Below, piece by piece: positions 22,044 to 33,200 of a DNA stretch of 64,000 bases (position 1 is the stretch's first letter; each line of letters opens with the position of its first letter). The notes below the pieces were generated by a model. That model was not told where the DNA came from, did not search any database, and saw only the letters and a program-made list of their open reading frames with translations. The translations under genes and the position numbers were made by a program. The stretch lies in NCBI GenBank assembly GCA_026770705.1, contig JANJGN010000021.1, positions 100,254,001-100,318,000 of the forward strand. Direction: 5' to 3'. The stretch comes from Isurus oxyrinchus (Eukaryota).

Positions 22044-25000
22044 TCTAATGCAACATTAAAGTACTGGGGATGCTGGGTAGGTGAAACAGAAACAGAAAGT
22101 GCTAGAAATACTCAGCAGATCAGTCAGCATCCTCAAGGAAACAATTAGGATTAACTATCAGATCAGTAAGCTTTCATCAGATCTGGGTAAAGCTAGACAT
22201 CTCATTGCCCAGACATCATGGGCAGTGATGGCATTTGCCTCTGACTGCGCTGAGCAATGCAAGCATAACCTGGTTTGTTGCCCACACCCCATGGTGACAT
22301 CATGAGTTGATAGCCTGCACATTGAGGCCAGCCTTCAGCTGAAAGGCAGGTGTGTGTTTTGTAATGATTGTTAAAGATTGCACGCTTTTCAACAGCTCTG
22401 GATAAGTGGATGCTAAAGAGTCGAGAATTAGTTAAGTGCAGATGTCTCGGAGGTTGCGGGGGCTGGAGGAGGCTACAGGGATAGGGAAGGGGCAAGACCA
22501 CGGAGCAATTTGAAAACAAAGATGAGAAGGTACGAGACATTATTTGACTAGGAGCCAACGTAAGTCACAGAGGCACATGGCTGAAAAGTGAACTGGAATT
22601 GGTGTGAGTTAAGACAAGGGCAGTGGAGTTTTGGATGATCTCGAGTTTACAGAGCGAAGAATATGGGAGATCCACCTGGAGTGCGTTGGAATGGTCGAGT
22701 CTCACGGTAACATGACATGAATTGTATACTAAACTGAAAGAAGTACAGGTAAATCACTGTTTCACCTTGGGGCTTTGGACACTGAGAAAGGGTGGCTGTT
22801 GCATCTTGTGCATTTGCTTGGGAAAGTGCCATTGGAAAGGGAGTGGGTGTTAGGAATGGCTGAGGAGCGGACCATGGTAACACAAAGGGAAATGTTCCTT
22901 TGGAATGCTGTAAGGGGAGGAGAGGGAAAGATTTGTTTGGTGGTGAAGTCACGCTGGATGTGGTGAGAATGATGACCTGTTGAAAAAAGAAGCTTCAGAG
23001 ATGGAAGATGAGCACAAAGGGAACCATATTCATGGTTCTGGGAGGGACAGGATAGGGGTAGATCAGAAGCACGTGAAATAGAACAGACACAATCGAAGGC
23101 CCTTTTCAACCACATCGGGATGAATTCTCAGCCATGGAAAAGGGAAAGCACATCAGAAGCGCGAGTATGCATCATCAGAACAGATAAAACAGAGGCGAAG
23201 GAACTGAGAGAATCAATTAGGTTCCTTGCATGAAGCAAGATGTGAGGATGTGTGGTAGAGGTAGCTGTGGGAATCAGTGGGTTATAGTGAATATTGGTTG
23301 ACCGTCCATCTCCAGAAATGAAGAAGCTGAGGATGTGAAGAGGTGAATCAGAGATGAACCATGTGAGGTCATGAGAAATGGAAGCAAAGTTGATGAAATT
23401 TTCCAATTCAGGACAAGAGCAAGAATGGAACCAATACATTAAATGTACCAGAGGAAGATATAAGGGAGGGGACACAAGTCAGACTGGAAGAAGGAATATT
23501 GTACATGTCTCAAAAAAAGGCAGGCATAGCCATGATCAATGTGGGGACCCATAACAACACCTTCTATTTGAAGGAAGTGAGTGGAGTTGAAGAAGAGGGT
23601 GTTCATTTTGAGAACAAGTTCAACTGGGTGAAGGAGGGTAGTGGTGAATGGGGACTGGCTGGGCGTCCATTCAAGGAAGAAGCAGAGAGCCGTCTGGTAG
23701 TCCTAGTAGGGGGGGTGGTGGGGGCTAGATGGATAGGATGCACATAGTGAAGAGGAGATGGTTAGAGTTTGGAAACTGTTAAAATGATGGATGGCATCAG
23801 AAAGGTCATTCATATAGGCATGGAGAGGCTGGGCATAGAGAGAAAATAAAAGGTTCAATGTTTTTCAAGGAAAATATTGGTTCAATGGGGCAGGAATAAG
23901 CTGAAATGGTAGGTCTGCCAGGAGAGTCCCGTTTATGGATTTTGAGGAGGTGGAAGCAGGCTGTTCAAGTTTGGGATTTGCTGATGACACAAAGATAGGT
24001 AGGAAAGTGAGTTATGAAGGGGATGTAAGGAGGCTACAAAGTGACATCGATAGGTTAAGTGAGTGGCAAAGATCTGGCAAATGGAGCATAATGTAGAAAA
24101 ATGTGAAATTGTCCATTTTGGCAGGAAGAATAAAAAAGAAACTTATTACCTAAATGATGGGAGATTGCAGAGCTCTGAGATTCAGAGGGATCTGGGTGTC
24201 CTAGTGCATGAATCACAAAAGGTTAGTATGCAGGTACAGCAGGTAATTAGGAAAGCTAATAGAATATTATCATTTAATGGGAGTGGAATTGATTACAAAA
24301 GTAGGGAGGTTATGCTTCAGTTGTACAGGGCATTGGTGAGACCACATCTGCAGTATTGTGTACAATATTAGCCTCCTTATTTAAGGAAGGATATAAATCT
24401 GTTAGAAGCAGCTCAGAGAAGGTTTACTAGGTTAATACCAGGAATGGGCTGGGTGCCTTATGAGGGAAGGTTGGACAGGTTAGGCTTGTAGCCCACTGGA
24501 GTTTCGAAGACTAAGAAGTGTCTTGATCGAAACTTTGAAGATCCTGAGGGGTCTTGACAGGGTGGGTGTGGAGAGGATGTTTCCTCTTATGAGAGAATCT
24601 AGAACTCAGGATCATGGTTTAAAAATAAGGGGTTGCTCATTTAAGACAGGTGAGGAGAATTTTTTCCTCTGTGTGTCGTGAGTCTTTGGAACTCTTCCTT
24701 AAGAGACGGTGGAAGCAGGGTTTTTGGATATTTTTAAGGCAGAGCTAGATAGATTCTTGATTAGCAAGGGGGTGAAATGTATTGGGGGTAGGCGGGAGGT
24801 TACAATCAGATCAGCCATGATCTTATTGAATGGCGGTGCAGGCTCAAGGGGCCGAGTGGCCTACTCCTGCTCCATGTTCGTATGTTCACATGTACTATGA
24901 GGTTGGAGGCTATACTCGAGAAGAGCTGAGGTCAGTGACAGCCTTGGAATCAGCGGCTTGATGTTTGGTGCTGGGAGTTATGATCCAAGGGAGATAGGAG

Positions 25001-25207
25001 GATTTGTCAGAGAGCTGGCACTCAGCCTCTGCTAGATAGAGGTCGACACACCAGACAGCATCATCCTTGTCATAGGTTTGATGACAATAATAGGGTTGGG
25101 CCAGAGAGAAAGGAATGCTACAGATTCAGGGGAGATAAGTTACAGTGAGTGAGGGGAGCAGAGAAATTAAGATGACCAATGACACTTTTGACTGTTCTCA
25201 ATGAAAC
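22044..25207 (-). mobile_element. Penelope-like element inserted in the alpha2 exon, with nested insertions
   Basis: 11-bp duplication TCCTGCAGCTC at 22033-22043 and 25208-25218; terminal repeat near 22085-22200; degenerate RT/EN (ELENFINFAS, CTRCN); nested CR1 at 23977-24895. Confidence 0.7.
23977..24895 (+). mobile_element. CR1 3' portion (nested)
   Basis: FADDTK..., WQMEHNVEKCEIVHFG, LVRPHLQYCVQ. Confidence 0.85.
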
Positions 25208-25237
25208 TCCTGCAGCTCGCAGCTGGTCAGACATCAC
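25208..25237 (-). pseudogene. Displaced 5' piece of the class I alpha2 exon with its splice acceptor
   Basis: tgttggtgttttacttccag|GT...CTG ACC AGC TGC GAG CTG CAG GA (LTSCELQD); continues across the TSD into DDG at ~22030. Confidence 0.6.
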
Positions 25238-25654
25238 CTGGAAGTAAAACACCAACATTCACAGAGAAACAGCAGAGCATGAACCCCAAAACACTAAACA
25301 CACCATGAGGGAGACATCAGGGTATGAACCCCAGAACAAAACACCCACATCCCTATCCAGCAGAATTGGAAAGAGCCCTCCAGCCAACCTTGCCCCTACA
25401 ACTCCCTCTCCCACCCCGCATTACTCCCAAGTTCTGTGAGCTTTCTCCCCAAATTGTTGCTGTGGCTGTAACCTGCACAGCCTCCCCCTGCAGCATCAGT
25501 TACAGTGAAGTCTGTGACCCAAAATCCAACGCTCCTCAGGCCTCAGCATTTGACTCCGTGCTGTTCATCCTGTGCAAGATGGGTGAGCTCCCGAATTTAA
25601 CCACAGAGACTTGTAGGTTTGATCCACTCCTCAAACAATTAACACCAACATTGC

Positions 25655-26640
25655 TATAATAAAAGCAAAATACGGCGGATGCTGGAAACCTGAAATAAAA
25701 ACAGAAAATGCTGGAAAAACTCAGCAGGTCTGGCAGCATCTGTGGGGAGAGAAACAGAGTTAACGTTTCGAGTTCAGTATGACCCTTCTTCAGAGCTGCT
25801 AACAAAGCTATCTCCTTTTTAATGCAACTTTCCATTCAAGTGCAGGAGATGCAACACTTGCCCTTTTGTGTCCTGTCTCTTCACTGTCCAAGGCCCCAAA
25901 CTGGATGAAACAGCAATTTATGTGTACCTCTTTCAAATTTGTATACCGTATTGGCTGCTTGCAATGCAATCTGCTGTACATTGGGATGCTCGAATACAGA
26001 TTGTTTCACCATGTTTTGGATCCCTCTGTTCATTCTGCAAACATGTTCCTTAGCTTCCGGTTGCCATTGATTTTAAATCTCGCTGACTTCTCTGTCTGCA
26101 ACGTACCGATGAAGCTCAGTGCAAACTTGAGGGACAGCACGTCACCTTTTGGTTGGGCAATTTACAGAGCTCTGGACTGAACATTGATATCAACAATTTA
26201 CAGATCATAACCCCTGCCCAAATTTAGTTCCCTTTTTTTTTGCAGTTTGGGTTTTACCTCATTTTTGTCTTTTGTTTCTCCTTCCACAGGGCAGCCGTTC
26301 CTCCTTCTGCCAAATACCCCTCCTCTAGACAATTCTTTTGTTTCTTTATTTGCCTAACAAGCACACCCTTTGGCCCTACACCACCAACTCGTTTGTCATT
26401 TAATCCTTCTTAACTTCTGGTCTATCGCAGACCTTCCTTTTTGTTCTTTTGCTGCTTACCCCCTTTCATTTACTTAAAACCTCTTACATTTCAAACTTTC
26501 CCCACTTCTGATGTAAGGTCATTGACATAAAGTGTTAACTCTCTTTCTCTCTCCAACATGCTGCCAAGCTTGCTGAGTATTTCCAGCATTGTGATTTCAT
26601 TTCAGATTCCCAGCATCCACAGTATTGTGTTTTTATTGAT
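25655..26640. mobile_element. Penelope-like fragment (GIY-YIG region flanked by oppositely oriented terminal repeats)
   Basis: CRRCNTCPF, FMCTS..VYRIGCLQCNLLYIG and GLNIDINN motifs; hammerhead-like core at 25758-25797 (minus). Confidence 0.7.
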
Positions 26641-26924
26641 GTCTCAGTTCCCAGCCTAGCACGTCTCCCCTCAAATCTCATTGCCCACTTCACTGAGAGT
26701 TCATGACATTGTGCCAGGCTGACACTGATCCTCTCAGTTTCCATTACTCACTGACCGACAGTTAATGCCCCAGGACCTAGCCTGGCTACTGCCCCTTCAG
26801 AGTCAATGACCAATTGAAGAATAATGTCCCATTAGCCAGCAGTGCATTGCCCTATGATCTCATGACTGAAGTTTTTTGTTTAAGTATCCAGCCTGGCATT
26901 GAAACCCTCAGACCCATCACTTAC

Positions 26925-26970
26925 TTGCAGAGACCTCTCCACACAGGACCAGCATGATCATTCCAATCAT
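26925..26970 (-). pseudogene. MHC class I leader (signal peptide) exon
   Basis: ATG ATT GGA ATG ATC ATG CTG GTC CTG TGT GGA GAG GTC TCT GCA A|GTAAGT = MIGMIMLVLCGEVSA, phase 1; resembles shark class I leaders (LxCGxxSA); same strand as and upstream of alpha2/alpha3. Confidence 0.8.
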
Positions 26971-27034
26971 TGTTGCTTCCCTCAACAGCCTGAGCGGGGC
27001 AGTCTGTGAGAAATTCTTTTCCAACTAAGAGAAC

Positions 27035-27990
27035 GTCTCTCAGTCTGTGAGCTGTGTCCTGCACTGATACTGTCTCTCTCACTCTGTGAGCTGTGTCCTG
27101 TACTGATACTGTCCCTCTCAGCCTGTGAGCTGTGTCCTGTACTGATACTGTCCCTCTCAGCCTGTGAGCTGTGTCCTGTACTGATACTGTCCATCTCAGT
27201 CTGTGAGCTGTGTCTTGTATTGACACTGTCTCTCCCACTCAGTGAGCTGGCCCCTGTACTGATACTGTCCCTCTCAGTCTGAGCTGTGCCCTGTACTGAT
27301 AATGCCCCCCTCAGACTGTGAGCTGTGTCCAGTACTGATCCCGTCCCCTTCAGTCTGTGAGCATGTGTCCTGTACTGATACTGTGCCTCTCAGTCTGAGC
27401 TGTGTCCTGTACTGATACTGTCTCTCTCAGCATGCGAGCTGTGTCCTGTACTAATAGTGTCCCGCTCTGTCTGAGCTGTGTCCTGTATTGATGCTGTCTC
27501 TCTCAGTCTGTGAGCATGTGTCCTGTACTGATGCTGTCTCTCTCAGCCTGCGAACTGTGTCATGTACTAATAGTGTCCCTCTCAGTCTGTGAGCTTTGTC
27601 CTATACTGATACTACACCTCTCAGCCTGTGAGCTGTGTCCTGTACTGATACTGGCCCTCTCAGTCTATGAGCTGTGTCCTGTGCTGATACTGTCTCTTTC
27701 AGTCTGTGAGCTGTTTCCTGAGCTGATACTGTCCCTCTATCTGTGAGCTGTGTCCTGTACTGATTCTGTCCCTCTGTCTGTGAGCTGTGTCCCATACTGA
27801 TACTGTCCCTCTCAGTCTGTGAGCTGTGTCCTGTACTGATACTGTCTCTCTCAGCCTGTGAGCCGTGACCTTTATTAATACTGTCCCTCTCAGCCTGTGA
27901 GCTGTGTCCTGTACTGAAACTGTCCCTCTCTGTGAGCTATGTCTTGTACTGATACTGTCCCTCTCATTCTGTGAGCTGTGTCCTGTACTG
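27035..27990. repeat. 39-bp minisatellite (~24 copies)
   Basis: Unit CTCTCAGTCTGTGAGCTGTGTCCTGTACTGATACTGTCC. Confidence 0.95.
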
Positions 27991-28056
27991 AGATTAAACC
28001 TTGTTCCCGTTGACTCAGACAGCTCCATATTGACTGGAGACAGGCATACAGTAAAC

Positions 28057-28097
28057 CCAATCAGAATAAAATATCCTGTGGGTCATTAATTTCCAGC
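28057..28097 (-). promoter_or_regulatory. MHC-type X1-X2-Y promoter module (SXY-like)
   Basis: Minus strand GCTGGAAATTAATGACCCA (X1/X2-like), 14-nt spacer, CTGATTGG (Y box); orientation fits the class I leader; degenerate ISRE-like GAAAGTGACA at 28210. Confidence 0.6.
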
Positions 28098-28289
28098 AGA
28101 ATAATGCCTGAGAATTTGAGTTGGGAGCAGTGATAAACATTTCCCAAGACTAATACTAGCTAGCTACATCATCAGTTGCCAGGAATTGAGTTGAAAGTAT
28201 TTTCATATAGAAAGTGACAGAGGGAAGAATATTATGAACAGAGTGAGGCCATTCAGCCCCTTAAACCTGCTACACCATTCAGTTATATA

Positions 28290-28820
28290 ATTGCTGGGAA
28301 GTGGGCATCACTGGCTAGGCCAGCGTTTATTGCCCATCCCTCATTGCCCTTGAGAAGGTGGTGGTGAGCTGCCTTTTTGAACCACTGCAGTCCATGTGGT
28401 ATAGGTACATCCACAGTGCTGTTAGAGAGCGAGTTCCAGGATTTTGACCCAGCGACAGTGAAGGAACGGCGATAGATTTCCAAGCCAGGATGTTGTGGCT
28501 TGGAGCGGAATTTCCATGTGATGTTCCCATGCATCTGCTGCCCTTGTCCTTCTAGAAGGTAGCGGTCGTGGTTTTGGAAGGTACTATCCAAGGAGCCTTG
28601 GTGAGTTCCTGCAGTGCATCTTGTAGATGGTACACACTGCTGCTACTGTGCTTCGTTGGTGGAGGGAGTGAATGTTTGTGGATGGTGTGCCAATCAAGTG
28701 GGCTGCTTCGTTCTGGACGGTGACCAGCTTCTTGAGTGTTGTTGGAGCTGCACTCTTCCAGGTAAGTGGGGAGTATTCCATCACACTCCTGACTTGTGCC
28801 TTGTAGATGACAGACAGGCT
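28290..28820 (-). mobile_element. Family B non-LTR element, 3' fragment
   Basis: IYKAQVRSVMEYSPL, AAHHHLLKGN and the same tail as 18180/19570. Confidence 0.8.
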
Positions 28821-30684
28821 AGCGGACAATATCTGAACTTCATTTTCCCAAATTTTCTCCATAACCCTTGATACCATACCCAACAAAAATCTATCAAACT
28901 TCATCTTAAATGCTCAAACTTTCCCAACATTTCACAACTATTTGTGGAAGAGAGTTCAAAATGTTTATTATACTTGCTGTGAAAATGTGCTTCCTGATTT
29001 CCCCTCCGAAACAGTCTTGCTCAAATTTTAACATTACTTTCACTTATCCTTGATCCCCACACCACAGGATGCCGTTTCACTGTAATTTACGCTGTCAAAT
29101 CATTTTAAACTTTTCAGCAGCCCGACCAGACCACACTTCAACCTCCTGTACTGCAGGATATACAAGGCAAGTTTAAGCTATCTCCCAGTATCACTCTGGC
29201 GAATCTCTGCTCCAGAAGGGGCTTGACCAAGGCTCTGCAAAACTGAATCATCAGTTCCTTGTATTCTAGCCCCCTCGACATAACATTCCATTCGACACAC
29301 TGGTGAAATGGGCAGACACACAGCAGGTGAAGTTTAACACCGAGAAGTGCTTTAAGTGATGCATTATGAAAGTACAAATGAGGGGAGGCAATACAAATGT
29401 CGTGGCTCAATTTTAAAGTGGGGTTTTAAATTTTCATTATAAAAGGAACAGAGAGACATGAAGGTGTATATACAATATCCCTGAATGTGGCAGGACAGGG
29501 TGAGAAAGCTGTTAAAGAAGCATACGTGGTGATCAAAGCAAAATACTGCAGATGCTAGGAATCTGAAAAAAAAACAGAAAATGTTGGAAAAACTCAGCAG
29601 GTCTAACAGCATCTGTGGAGAGAAAGACAGAGTTCACGTTTTGAGTCCCTATGACTCTTCTTCAGAGCATACATGGCGCTTGGCTTTATAAACATAGACT
29701 TAAGCAAGGGAGTTATGCTGAACCTTTATAAATCACTGGTCAAGTCCCAACAGGAGCATTCCATCCAATTCTGGGCACCGTACTTTAGTAAGGGTGTCAA
29801 GGCCTTGGGAGATTTGTTGGAATATTACAGGGATGAGGGAATTCAGTTTTATGAAGGGACTCTTCAGTGACAGAAATTTGTGGTTAATTTTTTTCAGATG
29901 TATGTGATTTATTTAGTATTATTTTGAGTGCACTGCCCTGACTGAACCAAAGGAGTTCAAACAGCCAATGGGAGGAAATCAGTTAAGCAATTTGATTGGC
30001 TTTGAAATTGACTGAGAGGTTTACTTAGTCAACAATCTCTCATTGTATTTTCTGTTAGGCTTTGTGCAATTACTCAGTCAGATATCTGATTACTAATTTG
30101 TCAGCTGGCTGGTTACATGAAACCATACTGAATTTTACACATGGGAGGTTTGAAAAGCTGAGGTGGAATCCACGGGGCCTGAAACTCTGAGGTGTGGCAT
30201 TGAAAGCAGTGAAATGCTGAGATATGGTACCCTGAGACATTATATTCTGAAGTATGACACTCTATGGTGTGTTATCATGAGGTTTGATGGGGAAAGGTTG
30301 CTGTCTAAGACCTTTCTGCCATTGTGCACCGAGGGGCTGGGAAGTGTTTCGAGCCCCTCGGGCTGTACAGCTCACAATGAATGTATGCATTGAGTAATAG
30401 TTGTATTATAATTGTCTTGAAGCACCTCAGAGTGCCACATGATGTATGTTGATAACTCCAATACCATTGCACTGTCTGACTGTCTGTAATGACCATATTG
30501 AAACGACTGTAATATTCAGATTGTATTGAAGCACCTCGTGATCCATGTGTAAAAGTTGAACCTGATTGTACTTTTTGTGATGGTGATTTAGAAATGTTCT
30601 TCCAGATATTTTATGAATCAAGTATATTTTTCAAAAAAGAAAATCATGAGGTTTGATACACTGATGAATCATGAGGTTATTTAT

Positions 30685-31045
30685 TTATTCGTTGATGGGA
30701 TGCGGACACCGATGGCCAGGCCAGTGTTCATTGACCATCCCTAATCGCCCTTGTTCAGTGGGCATTTTAAGGAGTGAACCACATATCTGTGTGTCTGGAG
30801 TGACATGTAGGCCAGACCAGGTATGGATGGGAGGTTTCCTTCCCTAAAGGACATTAGTGAACCAGATGTTTTTTTTACAACAATTGGCAATGGCTTCATG
30901 GTCAGCATCAGACTTTTAATTCCAGATTTTTATCAAGTTCAAATGTCATCATCTGTCGTGGAATTCAAACCTAGGTTCCCAGAGCGTTACCCTGGGTCTC
31001 TGGAATACTAGTCCAGTGACAATACCGCTACACCACATCACCACT
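30685..31045 (-). mobile_element. tRNA-derived SINE sharing its 3' tail with the family B LINE
   Basis: Minus strand begins GTGGTGTAGCGGTATTGTCACTGGACTAGT...GGTTTGAATTCC (A/B-box-like) and ends AAGGGCGATTAGGGATGGTCAATGAACACTGGCC..CATCCCA. Confidence 0.7.
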
Positions 31046-31949
31046 TCCCCTGAGGTGTGACACTCTGAGGAACACCAAAGTGTGACCCACTGAAAAGGGC
31101 CCTAGGATTACTCAACATTGACTCAAACCCCAGTAACTCTCAGGGTATCAGGTCAAGCATTGGCAAGGAAATCTCCTGCAGAATAGCATGTACCACCCTC
31201 CCTCAACTAATGAATCTGTACTCATCCATATTGAACACCACCTGGAAAATCACTGAGGACAGTAAAGGCACAATGTGTGTGCTTTGGGTGGAGGGACTTC
31301 AATATCTATCATCAAAAGTGACTTGATAGCACCACTGCTGACCAAGCTGGCTGAGTTCTGAAGGGTATGACTATCAGGCTGGGCTTATTGCAGGTGGTGA
31401 GAAAATAAGCCAGAGGGAGAAAGGAAACTTACTTGACCTAGTCCTAACAAACCTATTGGTTGCAGATGAATCAGTTTATGATAGTATTAGCAGGATTGAC
31501 CACTACATGCTCCTTGTGGAAATGCAGTTCCGTCTTCACGTTGAGGATGCACTACCATTGGACAGAATAAGAACAAATGTAGCAGCTCAAAGCTAGGCAC
31601 CCAGGAGACTATGGACCAGCAACAGTGGCAACCTGGAGGCAGGAAGCGACAACCTGGAGCTGCTCATTTCGCACACCTGGAGGACAAGGCCACGCCTGTA
31701 TCTGTGGGGACCTAGGCCCTGCCGGTCGAAGCCTTTCAACATTAACAACATCAAGAGTTAATGGCTAATGGAATAATCCCAACACAATTAGTAGTGGAGT
31801 CCCATTAGGCGGCTGGTATTTCCCTCAAGTTAGCATCTTCTAGCAATTCCTGCAGCTAACTAGGCCCCAGATGTAAAGGCTTTCATCTTTCCTCTGCATA
31901 CCAGCCTATGAGGTAGAGAGCTGGGTACAGATGCTAGGCAAGCCTGCAC

Positions 31950-33200
31950 CTCCTAAAACCATGCCAAACCTACACAGCAAACAAAAAAAGATAACCTCTC
32001 AGCATGGATACTGGAATGTGAGGATTATGTGCCCTGGCATGAACAATTATCCACACTGCACAGCAAGTTTGCACAAGACGACCTTGATTGACCGTGAGCT
32101 ACACAAGCTCGGTGTCGACATTGCTGCTCTACAAGAAATCAGGTTAGCTGACACGGGCTCTATTCAAGAGGCTAATGACTGGCATGGAAAGTGCACTGAA
32201 GATTGCTGAGAGCATGGCGTAGGTTCCAAAGTGAGCAACCAGCTGACAGAGTCCATTTAACCGACAATAGCAACCCCAGAGTGCCTCATCTCCCTAAGGC
32301 CATCATCTGATGGGGGTGCAGTCAGCAACATATATGCCCACATAGCAAATCTGTATGCTAACATCTCAGACAGAGAGCATTTGTATGATTCCTTGGTTGA
32401 TGTTCTGAGGAACATTCCAAATAATAGGAGGCTATTCATCCTAGCTGACCTCAACAATTTGTTGGGGCAGAGAGTGATTCATGTTCAACGTGCCTCAGCA
32501 GTCATGGGGTGGGCAAGATCACCAATAACGGTCAACACTTTCTTGAGCTTTGTGCTCTGAATGAATTCTGCAAAACCAACCCATTCCTTTGAGGACAGAC
32601 ATTGCCACAAGGCATGATGATGTCACCCAGGGTCTGGACATTGGCACCAACTAGACCTGAAGCATCAGGAGAAGGCGCAGTCTGCCCAGTGTCCTCCACA
32701 TCCGCACCTACCACAGCACAGACTGTGACCCCAACCACATTCCTGTCAGCAGTGTGAATATACACTCTCGGAAGTTCCACAGTTGTAAACACCACGGCCT
32801 CCCACATATCAACATTCCTTGCAAAGGTATTGATGCCAAATACCAACACTTTGCACTGTCGCTGGAATGATTTCTACCCACCAAAGGTTTACCGAGAAGC
32901 GCTGATGCTGGTATTGATGGAGCTTGGAAGTCACTGAGCTCAATTGCCTATGAAGCAGCAGAAACATTATGTGATAAAAGTGGAACCCACAACAGGGACT
33001 GGTTCAAGATGTTCTCAGCTGAGATGTTATCTGTCACTGATGCAAAAAACAAAGTCTATATGAGACACAACATAAACCCAGCACTAAAACACTGTATGAC
33101 CTGAAAGTAGCCAAGACAGATGGGCAAAAGGCAGAAAGATACTCCACAAGTAATCACTGAATCAGTTTATGTCAAGAAATCCAAACAGTCTGTGACAATG
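31950..33200 (+). mobile_element. RTE-clade LINE fragment (APE endonuclease), degenerate
   Basis: GYWNVRIM...IDRELHKLGVDIAALQEIRL..HGVG motif typical of RTE. Confidence 0.7.

Noticed and set aside
26921-28089. ORFs with repeated VSVQDTAHRLRGT
   Set aside because: Translation of the 39-bp minisatellite
30329-30361. 10-bp hairpin CCGAGGGGCT...AGCCCCTCGG next to GAAAC as a hammerhead
   Set aside because: No CUGANGA core in the right position; isolated hairpin
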